DNA of 32,000 bases from the NCBI GenBank assembly GCA_963718585.1, contig OY970357.1, positions 690,001 to 722,000 of the forward strand, read 5' to 3'. The notes beneath the pieces were generated by a model. That model was not told where the DNA came from. It worked only from the letters and a program-made list of their open reading frames with translations, and did no database searches. This DNA is from Candidatus Saccharimonadota bacterium. Its GTDB lineage: Bacteria; Patescibacteriota; Patescibacteriia; 2-12-FULL-60-25. The position numbers were made by a program, and so were the translations under genes. Below, piece by piece: positions 25,764-32,000 of the stretch (positions within the stretch are counted from its first letter, which is position 1; the number at the start of each line of letters is the position of its first letter).

Positions 25764-25785
25764 GGGTTGATATAATTATCAACCC
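25764..25785. promoter_or_regulatory. Palindromic candidate operator directly upstream of the methyltransferase start
   Basis: GGGTTGATA-TAAT-TATCAACCC, with 9-bp arms, sits 3 nt from the ATG at 25761 and contains TATAAT-like hexamers on both strands. Confidence 0.45.
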
Positions 25786-25828
25786 TGGGTTGGAACAAAT
25801 CAAGAACACTTATCCACAACTAAAAAAT

Positions 25829-26287
25829 TTACAAGTTAATATTGTGTTGAATCCTTGAATGTCTGATTCTTTCTTTTAACTCCGGGTAATTCAACAATAT
25901 AAAAGATTTACTTTCGGGATGAAGGCTCACAAAACAAAACCGGTACTTATCCCCTAGCCTCCTAGCTAGCTTGAACTCATTTTCCGTCGCACCAAAAAAG
26001 AACCCTTTTGGGTTCTCCGGTAACCTCTTCTTCGTCGTCTTCAACTCCACCAGCACGACATCATCCTTTCCAAGATCAATCACACGTTTCATTCCCTTCC
26101 CTGTATACAACACGAGATCAAACGCCCGGGAAAATGATGGCGCAAGTCTGAACACTTCCATCACATGCTTCCGATCGGCTTTATCCAGTCGAAAGAACCT
26201 GTCATCCGCGTTCAATAAATAATCCAAAGCCTCATTCTCCGTCTTGTTGTTCTTTTTCGTAATGACGTACGAATGGGCCTTTGCCAT
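25829..26287 (-). CDS. DUF3883-like PD-(D/E)XK nuclease-fold protein (152 aa)
   Basis: ..FDLVLYTGKGMKRVIDLGKDDVVLVELKTTKKRLPENPKGFFFGATENEFKLARRLGDKYRFCFVSL.. shows D...E-x-K followed by the f.lt.nE...A....Y.ly.V pattern I associate with DUF3883. Confidence 0.55.
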   Translation of the reverse strand: MAKAHSYVITKKNNKTENEALDYLLNADDRFFRLDKADRKHVMEVFRLAPSFSRAFDLVLYTGKGMKRVIDLGKDDVVLVELKTTKKRLPENPKGFFFGATENEFKLARRLGDKYRFCFVSLHPESKSFILLNYPELKERIRHSRIQHNINL

Positions 26288-26343
26288 TAGCCCATGATCT
26301 GCCTACCGATCGGCTGGGTCAAGATCAGCCAGTTAGCTCAAGC

Positions 26344-26371
26344 TTGTATTCTTTACTAAAAACATTAGAAT
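26344..26371 (+). promoter_or_regulatory. Sigma70-like promoter, near-leaderless
   Basis: TTGTAT (26344-26349), 16-nt spacer, TAGAAT (26366-26371), then 9 nt to the ATG at 26381. Confidence 0.45.
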
Positions 26372-26380
26372 ATCATCGAT

Positions 26381-26860
26381 ATGTCTGATGTCTCCAATTA
26401 CGATCAGCTGAGAGCCGACGGGCAGCAATACTATAACCGGATCGGGAAAATCCATTCCCCAGTATTTAATCAAGACATTTACTTTAATGCAGAAGGTTTC
26501 AATCACATTGTTTATAAGGGCTCAAGGTCAGAAAGAGAGAAGCCATCTCAAATACTTCGATTTAAACTTCTTCCTCTTGCTGTAAAGCTGATAAAAACGT
26601 CTACTACATACCAAGAATACGAAGAGACGATTCAGGAGTTTGAAGTAAAAAAATTCAAACAAAAATCACGCGAGTCGAAAGCTGTGAAATACTGGGGGCT
26701 GATAGCTATTATCGATGGAAGAAAAATTAAGGTTATCATCAGAAGAGTAGGAGAAAATGGGCTACCACATTTTTGGAGCATTGTACCGGCTTGGGTCACA
26801 AACCAATACCGCGATACTAAATTTTATTCCACAATGAAAGGTAACCCTGCCGAGGATTAA
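26381..26860 (+). CDS. Hypothetical protein (159 aa)
   Basis: Track ORF MSDVSNYDQLRADGQQYYNRIGKIHSPVFNQDIYFNAEGFNHIVYKGSRSEREKPSQILRFKLLPLAVKLI..KIKVIIRRVGENGLPHFWSIVPAW... Promoter and terminator are present. I cannot name the family with confidence. Confidence 0.6.
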   Translation: MSDVSNYDQLRADGQQYYNRIGKIHSPVFNQDIYFNAEGFNHIVYKGSRSEREKPSQILRFKLLPLAVKLIKTSTTYQEYEETIQEFEVKKFKQKSRESKAVKYWGLIAIIDGRKIKVIIRRVGENGLPHFWSIVPAWVTNQYRDTKFYSTMKGNPAED

Positions 26861-26888
26861 AAAAACATCGTATGAACGATGTTTTTTT
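26861..26888. terminator. Bidirectional rho-independent terminator
   Basis: AAAAACATCGT-ATGA-ACGATGTTTTT, extended by TT, directly after the TAA at 26858-26860. Confidence 0.8.
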
Positions 26889-26948
26889 ACGTGCCTGCCT
26901 TCGGCTTATGTGTTAGCCGAATAGGGCTGACGCCCCACAAGCACGCTC

Positions 26949-26976
26949 AATGTATAACACAATAGCGTTATACATT
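26949..26976. repeat. Perfect 10-bp inverted repeat at the island / mreB junction
   Basis: AATGTATAAC-ACAATAGC-GTTATACATT, 28 nt beyond the mreB stop. Confidence 0.7.
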
Positions 26977-27003
26977 CAACCATATACTAAAAAATACCAA
27001 TGT

Positions 27004-28008
27004 TTACGAGCTAAAAATCGATCTCTTATAGCTCTCCAAATTCTCCAACGCGATGCCGGTGCCTTTGGCCACGCACAGCTGCGGATTGTCGGCCACGAAG
27101 ACCGGGACGCCGGTCGCTTCGCTGTAGAGCCGGTCCATGTTGCGGAGCTGGGAGGTCCCTCCGGAGAGGACCATCCCCTTTTCCATCACATCGGCACTCA
27201 ATTCCGGCGGCGTGTTATGCAGGACGTCTTTGATCGCCTCGATGATCCCTTGGAGTTCATGCTGGATCGCGTCCGTGACATCATCCGACGTCACGGTGAT
27301 GATCCGCGGGAGTCCGGTGATCATGTCGCGGCCTTTGGCCTGCATCTCCAATTTCTCTTCCAAATACAACGCGGATCCGATCCGGATCTTGATGTCCTCC
27401 GCGGTCCGCTCCCCGACCGCGAGACCGTACTTACGCCGCACATGCTCCTGGATCGCGGTATCGAGCTTATTGCCGCCGATGCGCACGGAGGCGGATGAGA
27501 CGATCCCGCCGAGGGAGATGACCGCGATCTCGGACGTGCCGCCGCCGATGTCCACGATCATGTGGCCGGAGGCGGAGCCGATCGGGATGTCCGCGCCGAT
27601 GGCGGCCACGACCGGCTCTTTGATGATGTACGCGGCGCGCGCGCCCGCGCTGATCGTGGCGTCGATGACCGCGCGGCGCTCCGTGGAGGTGATGCCGCCC
27701 GGGACCGCGACCATGACCTCGGGGCGGAAGAGACGGACGCCGCCGACGGCTTTGTTGATGAAATACCGGAGCATGGCCTCGGTCGTGCGGTAGTCGGCGA
27801 TGACGCCGTCCTTGAGCGGACGCTTGGCCACGATCGTGTCAGGGGTGCGCCCGAGCATCTCCTTGGCCTCTTTGCCCACGGCAAGCACGCGCTTGTCCGC
27901 GAGAGAGATCGCGACGACCGAGGGCTCGTTCAAGACGATCCCCTTTTTGGGGATGTAGACGAGGACGGTGGTCGTCCCGAGGTCGATACCGATCTTTTTG
28001 GCGAACAT
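27004..28008 (-). CDS. mreB: Rod-shape-determining actin homologue MreB
   Basis: MFAKKIGIDLGTTTVLVY..NEPSVVAI..AVGKEAKEMLGRTPDTIVAKRPLKDGVIADY..MVAVPGGITSTERRAV..HMIVDIGGGTSEIAVISLGGIV..VLSGGTSQLRNMDRL..., full length at 334 aa. Confidence 0.95.
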   Translation of the reverse strand: MFAKKIGIDLGTTTVLVYIPKKGIVLNEPSVVAISLADKRVLAVGKEAKEMLGRTPDTIVAKRPLKDGVIADYRTTEAMLRYFINKAVGGVRLFRPEVMVAVPGGITSTERRAVIDATISAGARAAYIIKEPVVAAIGADIPIGSASGHMIVDIGGGTSEIAVISLGGIVSSASVRIGGNKLDTAIQEHVRRKYGLAVGERTAEDIKIRIGSALYLEEKLEMQAKGRDMITGLPRIITVTSDDVTDAIQHELQGIIEAIKDVLHNTPPELSADVMEKGMVLSGGTSQLRNMDRLYSEATGVPVFVADNPQLCVAKGTGIALENLESYKRSIFSS

Positions 28009-28075
28009 GTTGGGTGGGTGGGAAGAGGCTAGAAGCTGAAAGCGAGAAGCTGGAAGTCAGGAGTCAAAGAGAAAT

Positions 28076-28187
28076 GTCATGTCGAGCGGAGCCGAGACAT
28101 CTTCATATTGAATGGGTCCTTTGATGCGCTCGGCAGGGGGTTTCATGTGGAAGATCCTCACGGTCGTTCCACTTACCTCAGGATGAC
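28076..28187 (+). repeat. MITE-like repeat, copy A
   Basis: GTCATGTCGAGCGGAGCCGAGACATCTTCATATTGAATGGGTCCTTTGATGCGCTCGGCAGGGGGTTTCATGTGGAAGATCC...GGATGAC. Confidence 0.85.
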
Positions 28188-28204
28188 ATTTGTTTTTCCA
28201 TGGT

Positions 28205-28332
28205 GTCATGTCGAGCGGAGCCGAGACATCTTCATATTGAATGGGTCCTTTGATGCGCTCGGTAGGGGGTTTCATGTGGAAGATCCTTCGCTTCGCTCTT
28301 CCGCCTCCGGCGGAACCCTTCGGGAGGATGAC
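28205..28332 (+). repeat. MITE-like repeat, copy B
   Basis: The first ~90 nt are nearly identical to copy A. The right end ..GGAAGATCCTTCGCTTCGCTCTTCCGCCTCCGGCGGAACCCTTCGGGAGGATGAC is identical to copy C. Confidence 0.9.
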
Positions 28333-28368
28333 ATTCCTTCGTATGTTGTCCTGACCAAGACGAAGAAC

Positions 28369-30582
28369 CTATTTTTTGAACGTCAGGTCGAAGGTCCGGT
28401 CTTCCAATGAATCTGTCGTGTACTCATACCGGCTGTCTCCGAACTGCGATGCGTCCTCTCCGGGCACGGCGGACTGAAGTGTTTTATCGAATGAGAGGTC
28501 CAGCGTCAATTGCGTATGATCGGCCCCGGCTTGCTTGGGCCAGTCGAGATGATACGTCGTGGAACTCACGACGGCCGGTGAAAGCGCGTACGTGAACGTC
28601 AGCGTGCCGGTCTTGCCGGGCTCGATCGCCCAGAACGCCCCGAACACGGTCTTGCCGAGCTCGTGCGTGACATCCACCTGCCCGGGCACGACCACGCCGC
28701 CGGTCTTGGTGAGATCATCCTTCATCGCGCCGTGCGACGAGATGAGCGTCGCGCCATCCGGAACATAGATGCGCGTGTAACTGCGATACCGCGTGTAGCG
28801 CCAGTCAATGACCTTGTTCGTATTCGTGTACGTCAGCGTCACGGTCGCGCGCGGATGCGCCGGATCCGTGGCGTCGAGCGTGTACGCGACCTTCTTGTTC
28901 ATGACCCCGTCGGTCTTGAGTGCCGCAAGATTCGCATCCACGACCTCGAGGAAATCGCCGTTCGTCGCCATCATCCGGCCGGTCCATCTTTTCGCATCCA
29001 GCGTCTTGAGCACGGAGGGGTCCTGCGCGTAGACCATGATCTGTTTACGCTGGAACGCCTGTGTCGCGAGGTTCGTCACTTCGTTCCACCGACTGAACGG
29101 GAGGGCTTTGAGCTTGTCGAAGATCGCGGCACCGATCTTGTTCACGATGTCCTTCCGCTGTTCAAGCGGGATCCCCTCCTTGAGAAACCCTTCCTCGACC
29201 TGATACTGGATCTTGTCGAAGAAATTCGATGCGTCATACGTCTCTCCGTCGACCGTGACCGGTCCGGTCAAACGCAAAAGATCCTCGAAAAAGGCCGGTT
29301 CCAGGGCCAGGACGGCATTGGGCGGATCGGCGACCGGCTTCCCCGTGCCGAGCGCGACCTCGCGGGCGTAGAAGTCGAGGATGCGGTTGGCTGAGGTCGG
29401 GAAATCCGGCGACCAGTTGGCATCACGCAGATACCATGCGCTCACGCCGAGTTGTTTGGCGATCGGCGCCGGCGGGACCTCGTGCCAGTCATAGGAGGAC
29501 GGGTTGTCGATGTTGTACACGTCCGTGAACGCGAAATCCGTCACGTCTCCCCCATCCACGGTGACCGTGCCGACATTGCCGATGAATCCGCCACCCGGTC
29601 GCAGCTCATCCGCGTTCTGCAACAGGACGAGATAGTGGATCGGTTGCGGGTACCCGAGGAGCGGGACCATGGTCTCGATGATCGGCACGCCTTGATCGAG
29701 TGTCTGTCGGAGTTTGGGCAGGGCGTCGGCAATGGGAGCGAGGGCGTCGCGGAGCGGTGCATACAACGCGTTTTGCGGCACGCGATCCCACAGCTCAAGC
29801 GCGATATCGATCTTGTCGCGCGCGAGACGGAGGTCTGGAAGCGCGTTGGAGAATTTGGCGAGCAGATCGCGCTTCTCCTCCTTGGTGAGATCATTGAAAC
29901 TCCGCGTGGGCGCGATGCCCGTCGTCAGCTCCCCGGTCGCGCTCGTCCCCTGAACCGAAGCGCCGCGCAAGGCGTTGGTCACGACCGCGAACACGTCCAT
30001 GAGGCTCGCCGCGCCATCGAGGGTCTGCGCACCGGCGGATGCCGCATCTTCCAGCGCACGGATCTGCGTACCCACGCCAGGGACATCGCGCCAAAAGCCG
30101 GTCTCCTGCAGGGAGTCGTGCGCATCATTGAGATCATCACGCGCCGTGAGGATCTCGGTCTTGGCCGTGGCGAAATCGAGCTGTTTGGCCGCGACCTCTG
30201 CGCGGTTCAATGCATCCCGCGATTGCTTGGCCGATGAGGCGGCCGAAGCGAGGGCGTACGCGGCCGGCAGGGTGACGATGAGGACAAGGGCGATGAGGAG
30301 CGCGATCCCATATTTGATCCATCGATGATGCTTCGGCGCGGGCCTGAGCGGCGGAGGCGTGATCTTCGACGCCTGTGGGACGGGCGTGAGCGGGAATGCG
30401 GGTTTGGGAGCGACAGGCAGAGGTGGCGTGACCGGCGCCAGCGGGACGATCGGATCATCGGCCGGAGGAGGGATCGGCGGGATCGCAGAAGAAGCTTCCG
30501 GCTTGGGAGACGGAAGTTCATCGAATGCCGGACAGGTCAAGAAATTCGGCGCTTGGGGATCGCCTTTCTGCTCACGCTTCAT
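28369..30582 (-). CDS. DUF4012-type membrane-anchored extracytoplasmic protein (737 aa)
   Basis: A Pro-rich N-terminus is followed by one TM (WIKYGIALLIALVLIVTLPAAYALA), then ..LLQNADELRPGGGFIGNVGTVTVDGG... I associate the GGGFxG core with DUF4012. Confidence 0.75.
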   Translation of the reverse strand: MKREQKGDPQAPNFLTCPAFDELPSPKPEASSAIPPIPPPADDPIVPLAPVTPPLPVAPKPAFPLTPVPQASKITPPPLRPAPKHHRWIKYGIALLIALVLIVTLPAAYALASAASSAKQSRDALNRAEVAAKQLDFATAKTEILTARDDLNDAHDSLQETGFWRDVPGVGTQIRALEDAASAGAQTLDGAASLMDVFAVVTNALRGASVQGTSATGELTTGIAPTRSFNDLTKEEKRDLLAKFSNALPDLRLARDKIDIALELWDRVPQNALYAPLRDALAPIADALPKLRQTLDQGVPIIETMVPLLGYPQPIHYLVLLQNADELRPGGGFIGNVGTVTVDGGDVTDFAFTDVYNIDNPSSYDWHEVPPAPIAKQLGVSAWYLRDANWSPDFPTSANRILDFYAREVALGTGKPVADPPNAVLALEPAFFEDLLRLTGPVTVDGETYDASNFFDKIQYQVEEGFLKEGIPLEQRKDIVNKIGAAIFDKLKALPFSRWNEVTNLATQAFQRKQIMVYAQDPSVLKTLDAKRWTGRMMATNGDFLEVVDANLAALKTDGVMNKKVAYTLDATDPAHPRATVTLTYTNTNKVIDWRYTRYRSYTRIYVPDGATLISSHGAMKDDLTKTGGVVVPGQVDVTHELGKTVFGAFWAIEPGKTGTLTFTYALSPAVVSSTTYHLDWPKQAGADHTQLTLDLSFDKTLQSAVPGEDASQFGDSRYEYTTDSLEDRTFDLTFKK

Positions 30583-30637
30583 GTACCTCCGTAGTGTACC
30601 TTATTTCCCGATTCTTCTCCTGTCGCCGATGAACACT

Positions 30638-30762
30638 GTCATGTCGAGCTGTCGAGACATCTTCACATTGAATGATCCATTGATGCGCTCGGCAGGGGGT
30701 TTCACGTGGAAGATCCTTCGCTTCGCTCTTCCGCCTCCGGCGGAACCCTTCGGGAGGATGAC
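30638..30762 (+). repeat. MITE-like repeat, copy C
   Basis: GTCATGTCGAGCTGTCGAGACATCTTCACATTGAATGATCCATTGATGCGCTCGGCAGGGGGTTTCACGTGGAAGATCCTTCG...GGAGGATGAC. Confidence 0.9.
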
Positions 30763-30777
30763 GATCGCTTATAAAGT

Positions 30778-30885
30778 GTCATGTCGAGCTGTCGAGACAT
30801 CTTCACATTGATTGATCCATTGATGCTCTCGGCAGGGGGTTTCACGTGGAAGATCCTTCGTCGCTCCGACTTCCCTCGGAATGAC
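30778..30885 (+). repeat. MITE-like repeat, copy D
   Basis: Same left part as copy C, with a divergent right end ..GGAAGATCCTTCGTCGCTCCGACTTCCCTCGGAATGAC. Confidence 0.85.
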
Positions 30886-30955
30886 AATGCGTCTCGCGTC
30901 ATCCCTCTATCACCCTGATCCGCCGGCTGACAGATCCAGGGTCCACATCTGACCT

Positions 30956-30985
30956 GTCATCCCCCGGCTTGACCGGGGGATCTTC
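30956..30985 (+). repeat. Solo terminal module of the same repeat family
   Basis: GTCAT-CCCCCGGCTTGACCGGGGG-ATCTTC has the same GTCAT + GC-hairpin + ATCTTC architecture as the element ends. Confidence 0.6.
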
Positions 30986-31017
30986 AGATCAGACAAGTGA
31001 GGGATCCGAACCAAGGA

Positions 31018-32000
31018 TCACACGTACCACTTGCGCATGTCCGGACCGGAGACCTTTGCGCGCTTGGCGAGTTCCGCTCGTTTGGCGTGCATGGCCGACC
31101 ATCCGCCGAATGCCGCAAAGGTGCCTTTGAGCACGGACGGCCGGAATGGGAGCGACAGGAGGCGCAGGAGGCCCAATGGCCACAACCACGGGGCGTGCAG
31201 GAGTCGATTACCGAATTCATCGTTCTTCCAGGCCATCCAGATCCGGTTTCGCGTGAGGAGGAAGGATCCGCGCGCCGAGATCCGCGGACGCTTAGCCGTC
31301 CCGACCGGGCGGTGACGCCACACGAGCGCATCCGGAACGAGCGAGGTCCGCATCCCGAGGCGGCGCATGCGCCATGCAAGGTCCGCGTCTTCAAAACCAT
31401 CCTGGAATGCCGCGTCATACACCTCACCGCCCAGTTTGGCGGATGCGAGCGCGGACGCGCGGAATAGCGCACAATCGCCGGTCGCTCCGAAGATATCGAT
31501 CTGCGCATCGTATTGGCCGGCGTCCTTTTCCCCCGCCCCGCGCCGGATGACGCGCCGCGACTTGGTGATCGCGAGGCCGACGGCATCGAGGACATCCGTC
31601 TGCTCGGTCTCGCGACGGCCGTCGTCGCCCACGGAGGAGACCACGGCGCGTAGGATCTTGGGCGCGCACGCCGCAAGCTCCGGATCCGCCTCCATGGCGG
31701 CGACCAGGCGGCTCAGGGCATCTGCCGCGAATTCCAGATCCGGATTCGCGACGAGGACGTACCGATGCGCCCAATCTGCCTCGGGCCATCGCGTGAGCGC
31801 CATGGCGATCGCTTGGTCATGCGCGCGGCCGAATCCTTGATTGCGGAAGTTGCGCAGCACCGTCACGTCCGGGCGTTGTTCATTGAGCCACTTCACGGTC
31901 CCGTCATTCGATGCATTGTCGATGATCGTGATCGTGTGATCCCGTTCCGTGAACGTGTCGAGGGACGCGAAAAGATCCGGGAGATATGCGAGCGCATTCC
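31018..32000 (-). CDS. GT2-family glycosyltransferase; 5-prime end lies beyond the window
   Basis: Track ORF 31018..31896 stays open upstream to 32000 in my translation: NALAYLPDLFASLDTFTERDHTITIIDNASNDGTVKWLNEQRPDVTVLRNFRNQGFGRAHDQAI..ATGDCALFRASAL..FEDADLAWRMRRLG... Confidence 0.8.
   Translation of the reverse strand, partial: NALAYLPDLFASLDTFTERDHTITIIDNASNDGTVKWLNEQRPDVTVLRNFRNQGFGRAHDQAIAMALTRWPEADWAHRYVLVANPDLEFAADALSRLVAAMEADPELAACAPKILRAVVSSVGDDGRRETEQTDVLDAVGLAITKSRRVIRRGAGEKDAGQYDAQIDIFGATGDCALFRASALASAKLGGEVYDAAFQDGFEDADLAWRMRRLGMRTSLVPDALVWRHRPVGTAKRPRISARGSFLLTRNRIWMAWKNDEFGNRLLHAPWLWPLGLLRLLSLPFRPSVLKGTFAAFGGWSAMHAKRAELAKRAKVSGPDMRKWYV

Noticed and set aside
18860-27003. A tRNA or att-site direct repeat marking integration of the low-GC island.
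   Set aside because: I compared about 130 bp at each boundary by eye and saw no shared repeat of 8 bp or more. No cloverleaf-like sequence (GTTCGAAT-type T-loop with matching stems) was found. This needs a computational check.
28076-30885. The repeats flanking the DUF4012 gene read as a CRISPR array or as small protein genes (ORFs 28057..28275-, 28108..28410+, 30702..30902-).
   Set aside because: There are only two adjacent copies per side, at 110-130 bp each with internal inverted ends and no spacer-like unique units. The ORFs are simply translations of the repeat.

Overview
This 32-kb window comes from a GC-rich genome (over 60% GC by eye) and carries an embedded AT-richer island of about 8 kb. 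Almost all genes are on the minus strand. No rRNA, tRNA or CRISPR array was found.

**Layout**
- **1-11.8 kb, cell-envelope glycan cluster.** It holds a secreted glycoside-hydrolase-like protein (partial), a GT4 glycosyltransferase, a SAM-methyltransferase::GT4 fusion and an O-antigen-ligase-like membrane protein. It also holds two paralogous Cys-rich lipoproteins with long Gly/Ala/Ser/Thr low-complexity linkers, a ~650-bp non-coding stretch that may hold a structured RNA, a TrmB-family regulator and a second GT4.
- **11.8-15.9 kb.** Three small plus-strand units with clear promoter, RBS and terminator signals, a CPA2-type cation/proton antiporter with an RCK domain, and a matrixin-like Zn protease.
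- **15.9-18.9 kb.** A co-directional array of small genes (two ArsR-type regulators, two unknowns, hicBA), punctuated by at least 10 copies of a palindrome built on ATTCG-NN-CGAAT.
- **18.9-27.0 kb, low-GC island.**
  - It holds a degraded HTH/Zn-ribbon/HNH gene and an operon built around a GHKL (MORC-like) ATPase.
  - It also holds vsr, a Cfr10I/NgoMIV-like restriction endonuclease, and an HTH-fused C5 cytosine methyltransferase broken by frameshifts and a nonsense codon.
  - A DUF3883-like PD-(D/E)XK protein and one unknown complete it.
  - No integrase, tRNA or flanking direct repeat was seen.
- **27-32 kb.** mreB, a DUF4012-type membrane protein flanked by tandem pairs of a ~110-130-bp MITE-like repeat, and a GT2 glycosyltransferase (partial).

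**Main caveat.** At least a dozen genes need 1-nt frame corrections, often at short homopolymers. Either the assembly carries indel errors or many genes are decaying, and every split-gene call depends on which is true.

**Taxonomy.** Gene content (DUF4012, TrmB, matrixin, small TA/regulator cassettes) suggests a CPR/Patescibacteria-like organism. This is inference only.
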